A stretch of DNA of 59,448 nt, counting the filler, from Jimgerdemannia flammicorona (taxonomy: Eukaryota), in NCBI GenBank assembly GCA_003990765.1. It is 3 parts of 3 records of this genome, joined end to end, with 100 filler letters (N's around TTAATTAATTAA, not from the genome) between each part and the next. Parts side by side here need not be neighbours in the genome. Positions count along the whole stretch, not along the records: positions 19,852 to 39,600 come from RBNJ01001859.1; positions 39,701 to 59,448 come from RBNJ01001860.1; 1 more part is not named here. One strand, 5' to 3'. Within the stretch, counting starts at the first letter, position 1, and each line of letters opens with the position of its first letter. The notes beneath the pieces were generated by a model. The model saw only the letters and a program-made list of their open reading frames with translations. It did not search any database and had not been told where the DNA came from. Of this stretch, positions 37,590-51,700 are shown piece by piece. The translations under genes and the position numbers were made by a program.

Positions 37590-39600
37590 TTGCTTCTCTT
37601 GAGTAGTAGAGTCTTATGCGGTTGCAGTATATCTTGGTCTTGAGAATAACTCCATCCAAGGTCTTGAGTTGATAAGTATGGTTCAAGAATACTTGGTGTA
37701 TGAGATAGGGGCCTTTCCATTTTGGTTCAAGCTTGGCACTCCAATTTCCTTCTATGATAGTATGGTACACCAGAACCTTTTGTCCAATGAGCAGGGGTTC
37801 GAGGTCGGCTTTGCAGTCATAGTACCTCTTTTGTCATTCTTGTGCCTTGGCGATAAATCCTCGTGCCTGCTGGCATATGTTGTGTAACTGGGTGATCTCT
37901 TCTGTGACTCACTTTGATAGGTCTAGCTGGACTGGTTCAGTAGGATCTTGTGCTTCTTGGCCATACACTAAATAGAAGGGGGTCTGTTGGATAGCAGTTG
38001 CCTTAGAGGTACGGATGCTGAACAGAATTGCTGGTAGATAGATATCTCAGTTTAGTTGATCTCTAGTTCTATTGAGACCTCGCTTGATGGTCTGGTTCAT
38101 TCGTTCAGTGAGTCCATTTGCTTGTGGGTGGTAGGCTGTTGTTGGTCATAGCTTGATCTTGAAGTTGCTCGCAAAGGTCTTCATGGCTTGGTTGATGAAT
38201 TCTCAGCCTTGGTCTGTAATGATTTCCTTGGGCACACCATGGCGGCTGAAAATATCATCATACAGGATCCCAATAATTGTCTGGGCATCGGCAGTCTCAA
38301 TGGCAAAGGCTTCTGGCCATTTTGTCAGGTGGTCTTCGATAGTGAGGATGTAGCATCTTCCTTGGCTGGTTACTGGTAGGGGTCCAATAATGTCTATTCC
38401 CAGTCTTTGAAAGGCTCCAGCTGGTGCTGCGATTGGTATTAATGGTGCTTTGTCAGTAGGCTTTTGTCAGTATCTTTGGCAGGTATCACATTGTTGAATG
38501 TGTATTGAAATTTGTTTTCTCATCTTGGGCCACCAGTATCGCTTCTTGATTCTTACAATTGTGGCGCCAATTCCTCAGTGTGCATTTTGGTCATGATTTG
38601 TTATCAGGATCTTTAATATTTCTTCTTCTCTTGGAACTCAGGTGTACTGCTCTCCTTCTACTCTCTAAAGTTCACCATCACCTTCTTGGAATTTCTTGAA
38701 ATTCCTTTGGATAAACAACTTGTGGGCTGGTTGGATTCCTTTCTTGAAGCTTCTATGGTGCAGACTCCAGGTGAGGGCGAGGCACAATTCTTGGTTCATT
38801 TGGGTGAGTGGGAAGCAGCCTTCTCTTGTAAGGGCTCCTTCCCTTCTTGTTGGTTCCACGGGATTCTTGACAGAGTATCGATGTTGGAATTCTTAGCACC
38901 TTTCTTGTAGACAATAGTGAACTGATATTCTTGCAGAGATATGATCCATCTAGCGAAGATTCCTGAGGGCTCCGGCTTGCTGAACAACCATTGTAGAGCT
39001 TGATGGTCAGTAATGAGGGCGAATCTCTTTCCCAAGAGATAGTGTCGGAAGTGGTCTACAGCCCAAACTACAGCTAGACATTCCAACTTAGTGGCTCCAT
39101 AGTTTGCTTGTATTTCATTTGTGGCCTTGCTAGCATATTCATTAACATGCTCCCTCTTCTGGTCATCTTGCTGAGACAGAATTGATCCAAGTCCTAAGGC
39201 TGAGGCATCAGTTGCCAGGATGAATGGTTTGCCAAAGTCTGGTCACACTAGGACAGGGGCTTCGGTAAGGGCCTTCTTGAGTAGGTCAAATGACTTTTGT
39301 TGTTCTTCTTTCCAATAGAATGATTGGTCCTTCTTGGAGATATCTTGGAGAGGTGCTGCCTTATCTGAAAACCTTGGGATGAATCGTCGATAGTAGGATG
39401 CCAGCATAAGGAAAGATAGGGTCTCCTTTGCTGAGGTTGGGGTTGGGTAGTTCTTGACTTTCTCCACCTTGTGGGGGTCGGCATGTGTTCCTTGAGCTGA
39501 GACAACATATCCCAGATATTCGACTTGATGTTTTCTGAAGAAGCACTTCTTGGCATTGAGTCTGAGTCCTGAATTTCGAATGTTATTGAATACTTCACGG
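37590..39600 (-). pseudogene. pol: Gypsy-A copy 2 pol (end of RT, RNase H, integrase)
   Basis: FLMLASYYRRFI, ATDASALGLG, ECLAVVWAVDHFRHYL, CDTCQ, HPQANGLTER, KWKGPY. Confidence 0.92.
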
Positions 39601-39700
39601 NNNNNNNNNNNNNNNNNNNNNNNNNNNNNNNNNNNNNNNNNNNNTTAATTAATTAANNNNNNNNNNNNNNNNNNNNNNNNNNNNNNNNNNNNNNNNNNNN
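39601..39700. other. Artificial contig spacer
   Basis: Identical N44-TTAATTAATTAA-N44 structure. Confidence 0.97.
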
Positions 39701-40240
39701 TCGAACACCTCAGCCTCCGTAACCTGCTTGTTGGCAAGCGTCTCCGCGATGTGATATTCTACAACGAAATCGTCTGGCGCCGATCTTTCTTCGTCGACGA
39801 GTCCTGGAGTAAGCTGTCCGAGCGCTCGTGGGCTATACGCGAGCAGGATCATTGGTTTCGAGTTGCCAAATCCTCTCGGAGGTGGTGTTCACCTGTCCGC
39901 CGAGTTGTGCTTGACGATACGTGGGTGATGACGGACTCCGCTGAGTTCCTTCTGCGACGATATCTGGCTCTCAGGAACTATCCATCCAAAACCCCAGGTT
40001 TTTGTCCGTGGAGGCCATCTCCGACATTCTAAGTAAGCTGACGAATGAGCGAGCCGCAATCGGAAGCCCGCCCTATCGCTTGACAAAGTCATTTACAGGA
40101 ACGCTGAACGTGACGGGGGAGACGCTCAAGGGGCTAACGGGCGACGCGAGGCACAAAATTGACTTTTACAAACAAATGCGTTCCACCACCCTTCCGAACG
40201 AACCGAGGCCGTGTGCATATTGCAGCGGCGACGATCGGTG
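39701..40240 (+). pseudogene. Possible F-box/LRR-like gene fragment with a frameshift near 39972
   Basis: LRNLLVGKRLRDVIFYNEIVWR resembles an F-box end. VRRVVLDDTWV, then (frame-shifted) ELSIQNPRFLSVEAISDIL, look LRR-like. The region is CpG-rich like the neighbouring genes. Confidence 0.35.
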
Positions 40241-40736
40241 CTTTTTTATTATATTATATTATATTATATTATATTTGTTTGTTTGTTTGTTGGTTTGTTT
40301 TTTTACCATTGCAACGAGCGCTTCACCCCTGCCTGTGTTGCCAATCTGCTTCAGCTGCCAAGGAAATGATGAGAGAGAGGGCTGGCCGCAAGGCTTTGTC
40401 CGTCCAGATCTTTACTCGTGTGCAACAATTGGCCGACCATTACCAGGAGCGGTCCGAGTACCGTGCCCGCTAAATCGTGCTGTGTCTGCTATTATCGCAT
40501 TTACGATAATCTTTTTTATTGCGGAATGACCAAAACTCGTCGATTATCAAGACATCGCACTCACACCATGTGATTTGAGAGTCTCTGTAATGGTCTGACT
40601 ATATATCATAGAGACGCGCCGGAAAATTTCTATGCCAATCAAGAAAACAGGCGCTATGCTGACGTAAGTATACCATCTTGATTTTGGCCGTCAAAGACCA
40701 GTTCGCTTCTTGAACTGTCGCGCCACTGGATTCATC

Positions 40737-43700
40737 ATGACCGCACAAGCAGACGTAGAAACCAAACGAACTCAACTGGCCGAGATTCTCAGCGATCGCG
40801 TCTCCATCATGGAGACTGACGAGCCTGACGAGCCCATTCAAGATCAGGAGACGCCTCAGGATATGTCGCCATTGCAGGAGGGATTCTGTGTCGAATGCAA
40901 GGATCAGGAGGTACGATACTTATCACCTCCCTTCCAGGAGTGTATGCTGCCGTAAATGCACTTGCCTCTGGTCAAGTGTGCCCGGACGTCTTGTGGGTGC
41001 TATGAGAGGTGGTTACGACAAGGTCATGTGGAGCGGGCCGAAACGAGAAATTTAAGGGAGCAGAACATTTGTATATAGAATGCTAAATCTCTATAACATT
41101 TAATGCGGGGTCTCTAATTAGTCCACACTTTTCTGCGAGCAATGCTTGGAGGACTTCTGCGAGGTGTGTCATTCTATGATTCATCGCACGGGCACCCGCA
41201 AAAAGCACACAAGCAAGAGGCTAAAAGACGTGGCTTCGGCGGCGGCGGCTCCGACGACGGTCAATGGCAACGAGGCTGCCAACGCGTCCGTGCCGAACTC
41301 GGCACCAGCATCGGCGAGGGAGACGCCTGAACCAGAAAGTGCGGGAGCGAGCAGCGAGGTTCTTTTTTTATTTTTATTTTTTTAGTGATGGATTGATTTT
41401 CCCTCTTCTTCGAGTAATGTGGATTTCATACTTGGCGGTACATACAGGAATCGGAGAAACCGACAATGGAGGTCGAGCAGCAGGCTAGGAATATTAACGG
41501 GACCACAATTATCAGTAGTGGTGGACAATCATTTGGGGATTGGATGTCCGAAAGGTGAGTCCCAGATATTGATCATCGCCTTTACTTCCTGCAAATATAT
41601 AAACATTTCTCATTTTTAATCAATGAAACGTGCATCAGGGCAAAGTACATCCCCCTAAGATTATCCCTGGAAGAGCGAAAGTACCTACGATTGTAAGATC
41701 ATTTTCTTTACATATCTCAAATTCTCATCATTGTTCAGCAAACCCTCTCCCGAATGCAAATCAATGGTCGACCTTCCCAAAATGCTTTTTTTAGGCTTGA
41801 AGCGGCGATCACTGTCTCCGAGTACACGGACAAGATCGACATAATCTCATACACGAATAAGTCTAAGCGCATCGTGAACCAAATCCGGGACCTATGCGCA
41901 ATCCTGTCGGGTTTGGTGGTCGCGTGCGATTACAAGCTGGGCCAGGAGCTGTTTGCGGAGCGTCAGTTTGCGGAGAACGAGGCGTTCTTTCAAACTGTGT
42001 TCGAGATTGGGAGGAGGTAAGGGATTATAGTTATCATAGAAGAATCGTCACAAGTGTTAGGTGTTGCATTAACTCTAAAGAGTTGAGGTGTTTCCTTGGG
42101 TTATGTAAATTTTTGTAATTGACAATATCAACAAATATGATGCGATTTACAGGCACAAGATTGTGAACCCCGAAAAAATGCGATCGGCCTATGGCAAGCT
42201 AATGTACATGCTCCAAGACTCCGTCATTCCCGAAGTGCAAGACATGCTCTCCTTCAGCTGCGTGCGACCTATCAAGACGGTGTACAGCTTTCTTGAGGAA
42301 TTCGATGGTCTCAGGATATTGCAGGACAATGCGGTTCTCGTGGCAACCAAGGAGATTATCCCGGATGGCAAAACGCGCTATCAGATCCAGACCGAGATCA
42401 AGCAGAAGGAAAATGCGATCGAGCAGTTGAGCCGGAAGTACACCAATCGCATGTTGTCGTCGGAAAGTATCAGGAATTGCTTATATAGTATCGGAGATAA
42501 CCATGCTTATTTGCGAGGAAATCGGTAAGTATCTGAATCCGGGATGGCTGGAGAAATTAGAAGGCAAAACTATACGCGCACATAAACCTTATTCTTGGGG
42601 CAACCATATGAATCCAACTTACTACATACATATCACCCTTTCCTGATCTCCATTATTTCAGCGACCCGTGCGACAAGATGCTCAAATACCTGACCACGTA
42701 CTTCCATCCTAACAAAATCGAGCCCAACTACTCCCTCTCCATCACCTCGGGCCGCGCTGGTCATCGCCTCTCCCACGATCACGAGACACAGTACGCTTAC
42801 GTAAACCAAACCCTGAACCTGTGGCGCGAGATTCTTCATGAGATGTTCATGCTGTGGTCCCTGGCAGATCGAGATCTGCTTGAGACCTCGAACTTGTACC
42901 GATTGAGGGATACAGGACAGGGATTGAATCGTGTGCAGGCGTGTCCGTCGGTGGGGAGGGAGATGCATCGGATCTTGCATCGCGCGCAGCAGAAGGCGAA
43001 GTATTGGGTGGGGTCGAGCGTGATACATTTGGGGGACAGAAATGTACCGAATGCGTTAATGTTCATTGATAAGGTGAGATAAGGGGGTTTTTTTTTTTTT
43101 TTTCCTCTTTTCCCCAACGCAGTTCAACTGGTGACTCAACGGCTGTGAAACTAATCCGCCTATCATATTCCTCTTCACCCAGTACAACCAAGTCTCGCGC
43201 ATCCTAAACCCAACAATTCTTTGCCTAGAGAAGCTTGAGGATTTTGCGAAGAATCCTGGCCTGCAGAGGTACCTTGATGAGACGTTTGGTGGCATAGATA
43301 AATGCAGGAAGGATATTTTGGGTAAGTATTGGTCAATCAGTTATGCGTTCGCAGGATTTACAGTTTAGGACTTGGGGTGGAGTTCATGCATTTCTATTAT
43401 CTGATGTGTAAAATATAACTTGCGTTGTCACTCGACGATAATATGCAGCCGATTTCTTCCGAAGTGCCTTTGACGGATCGGGCGCTGATAATTTCTTCGA
43501 TGCCGGTAGCTGCATCGATGGGAGGTTGACATCAGCTTGGAACTGTAAGTTTTTTATTTTATTTTTATTATTTTTTCCTGAAGTGTATGTCGGCGGAGGA
43601 AACGGGTATAATCAGAGTGAAGCGACAACAAATTCAGCCGTGTGCGCAATGGGTTCATGCTGGCACATGCCATTTATTTGATGGGCACGATATGTTCAAT

Positions 43701-43912
43701 TAACATTATTTCCGCATTATTCGCGACATCAAGGGTGTTCACAAATCGAGAAGAAGCCATACTTCCCTGTGTTCTTGTTGACGGTAAGTTATGGCCCGAC
43801 TTTTTGACAGCCCCAGAAATGAATTGTCAAGCATTAACCCCTACCCCCCTTATCTACTACATAATTTACTTTGCAGGGTTTCGTCGGATTTGATGGGGGT
43901 AGCTGGAACTAG
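40737..43912 (+). CDS. UPF0652 / DUF2009 family protein with N-terminal B-box-like zinc finger; multi-exon
   Basis: GT-AG exons encode CVECKDQ...CEQC.EDFCEVC...HRTG.RKKH, RAKYIPLRL, NPEKMRSAYGKLMYMLQD, WVGSSVIHLGD, FDGSGADNFFDAGSCIDGRLTSAWNWC and GFVGFDG, ending in TAG at 43912. Confidence 0.9.
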
Positions 43913-44245
43913 CAGTCGTCTAGTAACGTACCTCTTAAATGATATTTTGAAGAGGTTGAACAATTATTCGAAAAAAAACCCCCCCAAAAAAAAAAAAAAA
44001 AAAAAAGAAACATTGAAAGACAGTCTTCGGTTCAGTGTGACCTTCTAGAAACGCAGCTCACTCAAAACGTAAATTCTTTTTTCTCTTCCTACTGTTGGAG
44101 AACTGTTTCATTTCTCTGTCTGTTTAACCCAAAAGATAACAAATAGCCGTTATGTTGATTGGAATTTATTTCATGGTGTTGAGTGTTTTCGTTTGGAAGT
44201 AATCCGCGCTCGCTTAGATAGCGAAACTTACACGATCGGCGAGGC

Positions 44246-47200
44246 TTAAATAAACCCTTCCTTGTTGAACCACGCTGCGACATCCTCCCGATCTCTTTCA
44301 ACCCATCGACTGTAGATGCGAGCTGATTCAAGACCTTGATCGAGAGCGCGCTGGTAAGCTTTAGTATTTCTTCTCTTGAGAAAGTTTTCGGCCTCTTGAA
44401 TCCGTTGGTGAGAACCGAGTCCTTCGATCGAGTAATTGAGAAGGGTTCCAAAGATAAATGATTGCTCGCTGTAGCGTGACTCGATGGCGTCGAAGTTAGC
44501 AGTGAGCCATTCCCAAAAAGTAATACGCGAGGTCGAGTTCTTGGAAAGCCTAATTGGTAGGGGTGAATAGGATGGAACAGGTGAGGAACACATCCCTTGG
44601 GTACATCGCCAAGTCAACACTTTAATGAATTTGCAAGCTACTCACGCGGCATAAATGTAACCTGTGTCTTGTCGTCTGACTCTTTTGTCGTCCAAGCTCA
44701 ACTCGATCGTTCTCCTGAAAAGCTCAGGCGTTTGTACCAAGCCCAAGCCGTGCAGAGCAGTCATTTTCTGCTCAGGCGAAAGTGTCGGGTCTTCGTACAA
44801 TTTCAAGATGGCATCATATTCCTCCGAACCATCGCCATCGCTGTTTCTCAAGGCAATACCGTATACGGCTCGCCTAAGGTTCGGATGGAGTACCTCGGCG
44901 TCATCATCACGGACTAATTTCCAGAAACGCCGCTTCGCTTCCGTGACAGTTTCCGGATCACTGCCGATGCCAGCGTTGGTAATGGCAAGGCCGCGGAGCA
45001 AAGTTGTTTGATCATCCTCACCAGGCATCATCTCCCAGCCAAACTTGGCGACCAGAGGACTAAATAAGTGCCGGTGAAGAGCCTTCAAGCCGTCGCGAAC
45101 CTCCATAGGTTGTTCGAACCAAGCAGACGAGATATTCGACAAAATTACGGAAATTTTGGACCATACGCTGAAGATCGGAAGAGTGAATAAGCCAGTCAGT
45201 CAGTAACAATAAGTCATGGCGGAACAACGACAGACTGTAAAGTATGAATAACATACAAATAGTTCTCCTCCTTTTCAAAAGCTCTAAGCAATTCCAAAAG
45301 CCCGCTTGTCTTCTTTTGTCCACTGACGCTAAGACTGGCAGCATCAGAAAGCAACCCAATACGATCGGTAGGATCACTCAGTATGCCATCCTTTCCCTTT
45401 TTGATTTCCTCGGCGAGGGTCTTTAGGATGTCGATTGAATAGTTGACACGATATAAACCAGTTTGACGCGCGTTCAACTTGAAAACACTTGATGAGAGTT
45501 TGAACGTGTTTGTCTTGTCCGTTAACGTCAGCGCGGACGGGGAGGAGGCGATGTTGAGCGGAATCCACCATGTTGTTTCGTCTTCGGATTCAGCAACATC
45601 TCCGGTTGAGAGATAACGTGATTGGCGAACCTCAATGGTTACTTCATCAAGGCTGACAACGTCGACGACTGGATACTACCAAAAAGTCAGAATGATTTCT
45701 CGTTTCGTTAGGAATGCCTATACTACGCTAAAGGCCGAAATACGACAAATGAATTAAAATAACGTATACCCCGACTCTCTTAGTCCATAAATGCATGAAA
45801 ACGCCAACATCAACACCCGCCTCTTCACTCAAAGCATTCCATAAGTCAAGCGTCTTGGCATTTTGGTACTTGTGCCGATGAAGATACCTTCTGATGCCAG
45901 CAAGGAACACATCAACACCCAACCAAGAACTCAACATCCGAATCACGCTTGCGCCTTTGGTATATGATATGGCATCTACAAAGACAATGAGGAACAAGGA
46001 TAAGCAAATCAGGCCACTATTGCTGTCCAATCAATACATGCGACCAAACTCACCAAAAATCTGACGAATTTCCTCAGCTTCGCCAACAGCTACCTCAATC
46101 GGATGAGAGCTTCGAAGGGCATCAAGGGTAAGGGCACGAGGCATATCTTCCGTAACAAAACTATGGAGTTCGCCGAATATATAAAAAAAATTGGATTGAT
46201 TCATACATGCGCAATTCCAATTAGAGATGCCTAAGCCACAGGCCCCTGTGCCCCACAGATAAATTGTAACTTACGAAGTCCAAACATCCAATTCTGGGAA
46301 GAGTTTATCTACAGCGAACCATCCGATCCTGGATGTTCAAAAATGTTTATTTAGAAATCATTTCCACAAAGAAATTTACTTTAGTCATATACTAAACTGT
46401 AAACACAATGAACTTACCAAGTCGCAAAGCCCTCTTTCAGCCAAAGGTCGTCCCACCATTCCATCGTCACGAGATTACCGAACCACTGATGGGCCAATTC
46501 ATGGCAGACGACATAGGCGACGCCCTTCTTTAATTGCAGTGACGAAATTTTCTTGTCGAAGAGAAGCGAGGTGGTGCGGTATGTGATGAGACCCCAGTTT
46601 TCCATGGCGCCTACGTTTTTTTTTTTTTTTTTTAGGTACAGGTGATTGAAAAGTAGTCGTATGGGTCCAGATGGAGCACAGTTGACGTTGGTCGGTAGTC
46701 TCTAAATTATCGCCGAGTCTACTTGTATTGTGGTGCGTCGTTTCACTTACACCGTTACTGAAGAGGCAATGCCATCAACTCACCTATAATGAAATCCGGA
46801 ATTGCCACCATATCCATCTTTGGAAGAGGAAACGGGATACCAAACACATCGGCAAACAAGTCCAGCGCCTTCGTGGCCACGCCTAGAGCAAATCTGCCCT
46901 GCTCCACCTGATTGGGAAGGGCGTACACACGCGTGCGGATGCCGCTCGAAGTGAAAGCCTCGATGTGTTCAAATGGACCGACAATGAATGCCAAAAGCTG
47001 AATTAAAAAGAATATGTACATTAGCCAATCGGATGGAAGCGCATCCCAAAGGTAGTTTTGAGGAAGAACACGATATATAACCGTACATAGGTACTCATAA
47101 TGGGCGTCCTGGCGAATTTCACTTCTCTCAAAGCGCTGTCGTCCTCTGTGTTAATGATGGATTCGTCCGCAATGACGTTCAGATTGGACAAAGCTGCCAT

Positions 47201-48325
47201 GCCCACGGGAGCGATGAGGGTGATATCAAATGTTGCTTTCAAAGCAGGCTGAGGTATTGGTGAGGAGTCAGTAAGGAATCACGGCAAACAAAGTCAAAAT
47301 GCGTGATGGCCAAAAGGGTTCCAAAATAAGCGCACACCTCATCCCAGCAAGGGAACGCTCTGCGGGCGTACGTGGCCTCGAAATGAGTGGTCGCCAAATA
47401 CCTGTCATAAAAATATCATAGATAAATTACGTGCATGTTAGATTAGTTTTGCCATCATGGCATTCCTAATGCACGACACAAAAAAAAAAAAAACGTCGAA
47501 ATACTTGATGTTTCCATCTGCGTCCTTGTAGGAGCTACGATAAAACCCGATCATCTTGTCGTTCAATTTTCCTTTGAACGAGATGTCCAATACTGCGGTC
47601 GACTCAGCCGGAACAGCTTCATCGAAGGTGAGAGTGGCCGTTTCCCGTTTCTCATCGTAGGTGACAGTTGCGAGTTCTCTTATTTAACGATGTACGGATG
47701 CGGTCGGGAAAAAAAGATAATAGTGAATATGGGTAGAACAAACCAAATATCCTTCCCGAAAATATAGATGAACATACTCCGAACCAGTGGACAGAGAAGT
47801 CAACTCGGCGGTGACCAAATTGAGCTCGGCGGCATTGAGCGTGATGGAAGTCGTCTCTTCGTTAATGATCAGGCTGTCGTGTATAAGGTTCATAAAAGCG
47901 GAGCAGCAGATCAAAACATCGTTATATTTCAGCGTTATAACTACATTCAACCGGCAATAACGATGGAATGTATCGCCAAGAAACCACAAAATTCGATGCT
48001 CGCGCAACTCGATCCGCACTTCGGTCAAGCCCAGTCTACAAACTTTGCGTCAGATCCATCCTTTACATTGATTACTCGGACAAATCAACCATGACGACGA
48101 ATACATCCCCTGCCAGCCGAAAACGAAGCCAAGCACCGAGCCCGAATGGTCAGGACAATGTGCTAAGATAGGCAATAAGGGCGCCAGCGGTCTGAAAGCA
48201 ACTTACTGGACAAGAACTCTGCCATCAAAGACGAGGTCCTCTAGGTTGGGCTTGAGGGTGAGTTCATAGCGCTGAGGGACAACGTTGGTGGGAAGGACCT
48301 GGCGGGTGATATTCTCGGCGGACAT
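44246..48325 (-). CDS. M1-family zinc aminopeptidase (Ape2/Aap1, puromycin-sensitive type); multi-exon
   Basis: [35 protein letters not shown] (HEXXH), downstream [21 protein letters not shown], and an ERAP1-like C-terminal domain. Confidence 0.95.
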
Positions 48326-51300
48326 AGCGGTTGGTAGCAGACACGGAATTTCGGGTGGGAATGTGGCTCGGATATCCGCAGTGGAGGTCACGTGTTGTAC
48401 CATTGCTGGTTGCGACAATAAACCTTAAATTTTCTTAATAAGATTCCCTTGACTGTCAAGATTCCATCACCAACCCTTGTTGTCAATTCTCTTTATCAAT
48501 CTTTACTTATATTGTATTATTACTGAGATTTATTCTTTACAAATTTCTTTTATTACTAAAATTATTATTATTAAAATTATAATTATAAAATAAAATCTTT
48601 AATACTAAAAATCCTTAAAACTAAGATTTATTATTTTACTGAGATCTCTCTTTACTGTCTTCTTTTTACTATTTTTATCTTATCCCTTAGGCCATAGATG
48701 AATATAAGTAAATTTGTTTGCAAAAAATTGATAACTTTAATTAGTTATAGTATTATCAAAATAAGTAATATTATAATAGTTTTAGTTTCTTATAGTTCTA
48801 GTAGGCTAAAGTAGCTTAAAGAGATACTTGTAAGTTTAAGTATTCTCAAAGGAATTCTGAGAGAGAATATTTTGAGCTTTATTCAAGTAAAGAACAAAAA
48901 TATTTATATAAGATTTGAAAGAAGATTTAGAAAGATTTTAGAAAAGAAGAGAAAAGCTAAAAAAATAGATTCTTAGCAAAGATAACTAATAGAATTCTGC
49001 AATATTCTAAAAGATTCTATAACTAGCTAAGATAAGATACTTGATACTGAAAAAAGACAAAAATGATCTAGTAATATCTTAGTACTAAGAGAAGATTTCT
49101 AGATATTTGAAAGATACTAGAATATAATAGAATATTTAAAAAAATATATGAAAAAGTACTAAGACTAAAATATAACTGTGAAATTATTACATCTCTCTCT
49201 CTAATATTTTCATTGAGTTCTTAGATTTTATAAGACTAAATATACTTAAACAAAATTTCTCAAATATATATTAGTATATTAGTAAAGACTGATCATTCTT
49301 ATATATATAAGACAGAGAGTCTATTACCAGACTAATTAACTGAGAGAGATTCAAATCCAGCTAGTAGCTTTATTTTAGTAGACTTCTTATTTACTAAATA
49401 TTCTACTAGTTCTGAGATCCTAAAGTAAACTTCTGATATATAAGATACTGGTTATTACTATAGATTATTGATAATTTAAAGAAGTCATTATAGAGATTGA
49501 GTAATATATTTTATCTTGAAGTCTTAAAATAGGTCTTGGGAGTTCTTAAGATTAACCAGCAATTCTCAGGTAGTATCATATTTAGTATAGCTCATCCACT
49601 TGATCAGATATTTAGGATAATAGTAGTGAATTCATTTATTAAAGATTTTCTTGACTTTATATTCAATATAGTTTTTAATAATCATAGAGACAGATAGCTT
49701 AATAATTTGACCAAAGTAAAATAGTGACTGATTCTAGATTTTAAAGAGTAATATATGAAAGGCTGGATGTATCCTCATGGTTTTAGATAGCTTGAGATAG
49801 TAGAAAGATATAGAGACTTATTTGATAATCTCAAAGAGTCCAATATACTTAAGTTGAAATTTGTTTGATAGGTAGTTGACTTGAGATTATATCTTGAGAT
49901 TTTTAGTAAATAGTAGGGCTTAATTACTAATAGTATAGATAATATTATAATATTTCTTATCAGTATACTTAGTTTGATACTGTTGGACTTTCTAGAGGTT
50001 TATAGTAGTAATCTTAAGTAGTTCATTTATTTTGTTTATAAGATTCTTGATAGTAGAAACTTATATTTAACTGCTTTTTTTGAAAGAGACTAAACTTGTA
50101 AAGGTCTCAAGATCTTGACCATAGAATAGCTGAAAGGGAAAATATCAGTAGATAATTAGATAGTATTATTATATGCAAATTCTATATAAGTCAAATAATG
50201 GTCTTAATTATCTTACTTATAAGAAATATAGTTTCTGAATATTTATTTTAGAGTTTTATTCATATACTTGATTTGTCCATCAGTTTGTAGATAGAAGATA
50301 GTAGATATGACCAATTGGATTCCCAGAGTTTTGAAGAGAGTTTGCCAGAAGTGACTAATAAACTTAATATCACAGTTGCTGATAATTACTCATGGTAGAT
50401 CATAGTGATAGAAGATAAACTTGAAGAAGATTCTTGTAATCTCAGATGTAGTAGCATTAGTAGTAGTTGATTCAGTAACTATAGTTTTAGTCAGATAGTT
50501 AACAAATATGATAATAGTTTTAGTACTAGATTGAGTTTATAATAGTTGAGTTATAAAGTCTATTGTAACTTATTCAAATTTCTTAGTTAAAATTAACAGT
50601 AGTTATAGCAAACTAGCTAGTGCTTAATTGATAGACTTATTGCACTAATAGAGATCATAGCTAATAATATAGTTCTTGATTTTCTTAATTATACTTGACC
50701 AATAGTAGTAGTACTAAATATTCTTAATAGTTTTCCCAATTCTAAGGTAATTAGTAAGTAGGAAGTTATAGTATTCTTATAGTATTTTATAGTATAGATT
50801 CTAGTAGTGATAGTATCTTCTTTGTAAGCTTGCTTGATTTGGTTTAGAAATTCTGATACCAAGATAACTTATATAATTATAATAAGATCTGGATATCTGG
50901 ATAAAGTATCTGATACTATAAGTATTTTACCAGACTTATAGATAATTATCAGATTAAAGGTTTGAAGCTTTAGAATCTACTTAACTTGTAGATATGATAA
51001 AGTAGATTAAGTATTGATATACTTGAGATATTGACAGTCAGTAATGATATCAAACTCAATATCTTCTAGATAGTATCACTAGTAGTTTAGTATATATATT
51101 ATTACTAGTAGCTCCTTTTTATAAGTAACTAGCTTTTATTTAGCTGAAACTAACTTGTGAAATTTAAAGGCAATAAGATGATGTCTTTTGTCATTATTTT
51201 ATAACAGAACTTGTAAGAGGATTGCTTTTTAGGATAACCATTATGTAGTTCTGGAAGAGTTTTCTGGAAGTTCTGGATGTTCTGAAAGACCGTTTTCTTA

Positions 51301-51700
51301 TGGTCAAGATCAATTTCATATAGAGTATATCCTCTATGCTTATTGATTTTAAGATTGGGTTGACATCTCAACCAAAGTCCTTTTTTGGACTAGTTCTGAA
51401 TGTTCAGGATTTTCTGTATTTCAGGAAGTTCAAGAAACTAAGACCAGCTTAGTTGAATTAGTGTATCGCTGCAGACAATACTCAATTAAGAAATTTTATA
51501 ACAGGATTAGGAGTGGGACCTAACAGGGAGTAGATTTACTTAAGAGTGGTTTGTGGGTTATTGAATAGGTTTATTTGCTATTCATGATATTACTATACTA
51601 GGAGTAGTTGTATGAAGGGATATTATAGAGGAGTATTTAGGAATATTCTTGTGTATTTGAGTCTAAGATTATGAGGTCTGGGGGAGGGAGTATTTATACT

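Noticed and set aside
46418..46445. WLKEGFA instead of the usual WLNEGFA in the aminopeptidase
   Set aside because: The zinc-ligand Glu and HEXXH are intact, so there is no evidence of inactivation.
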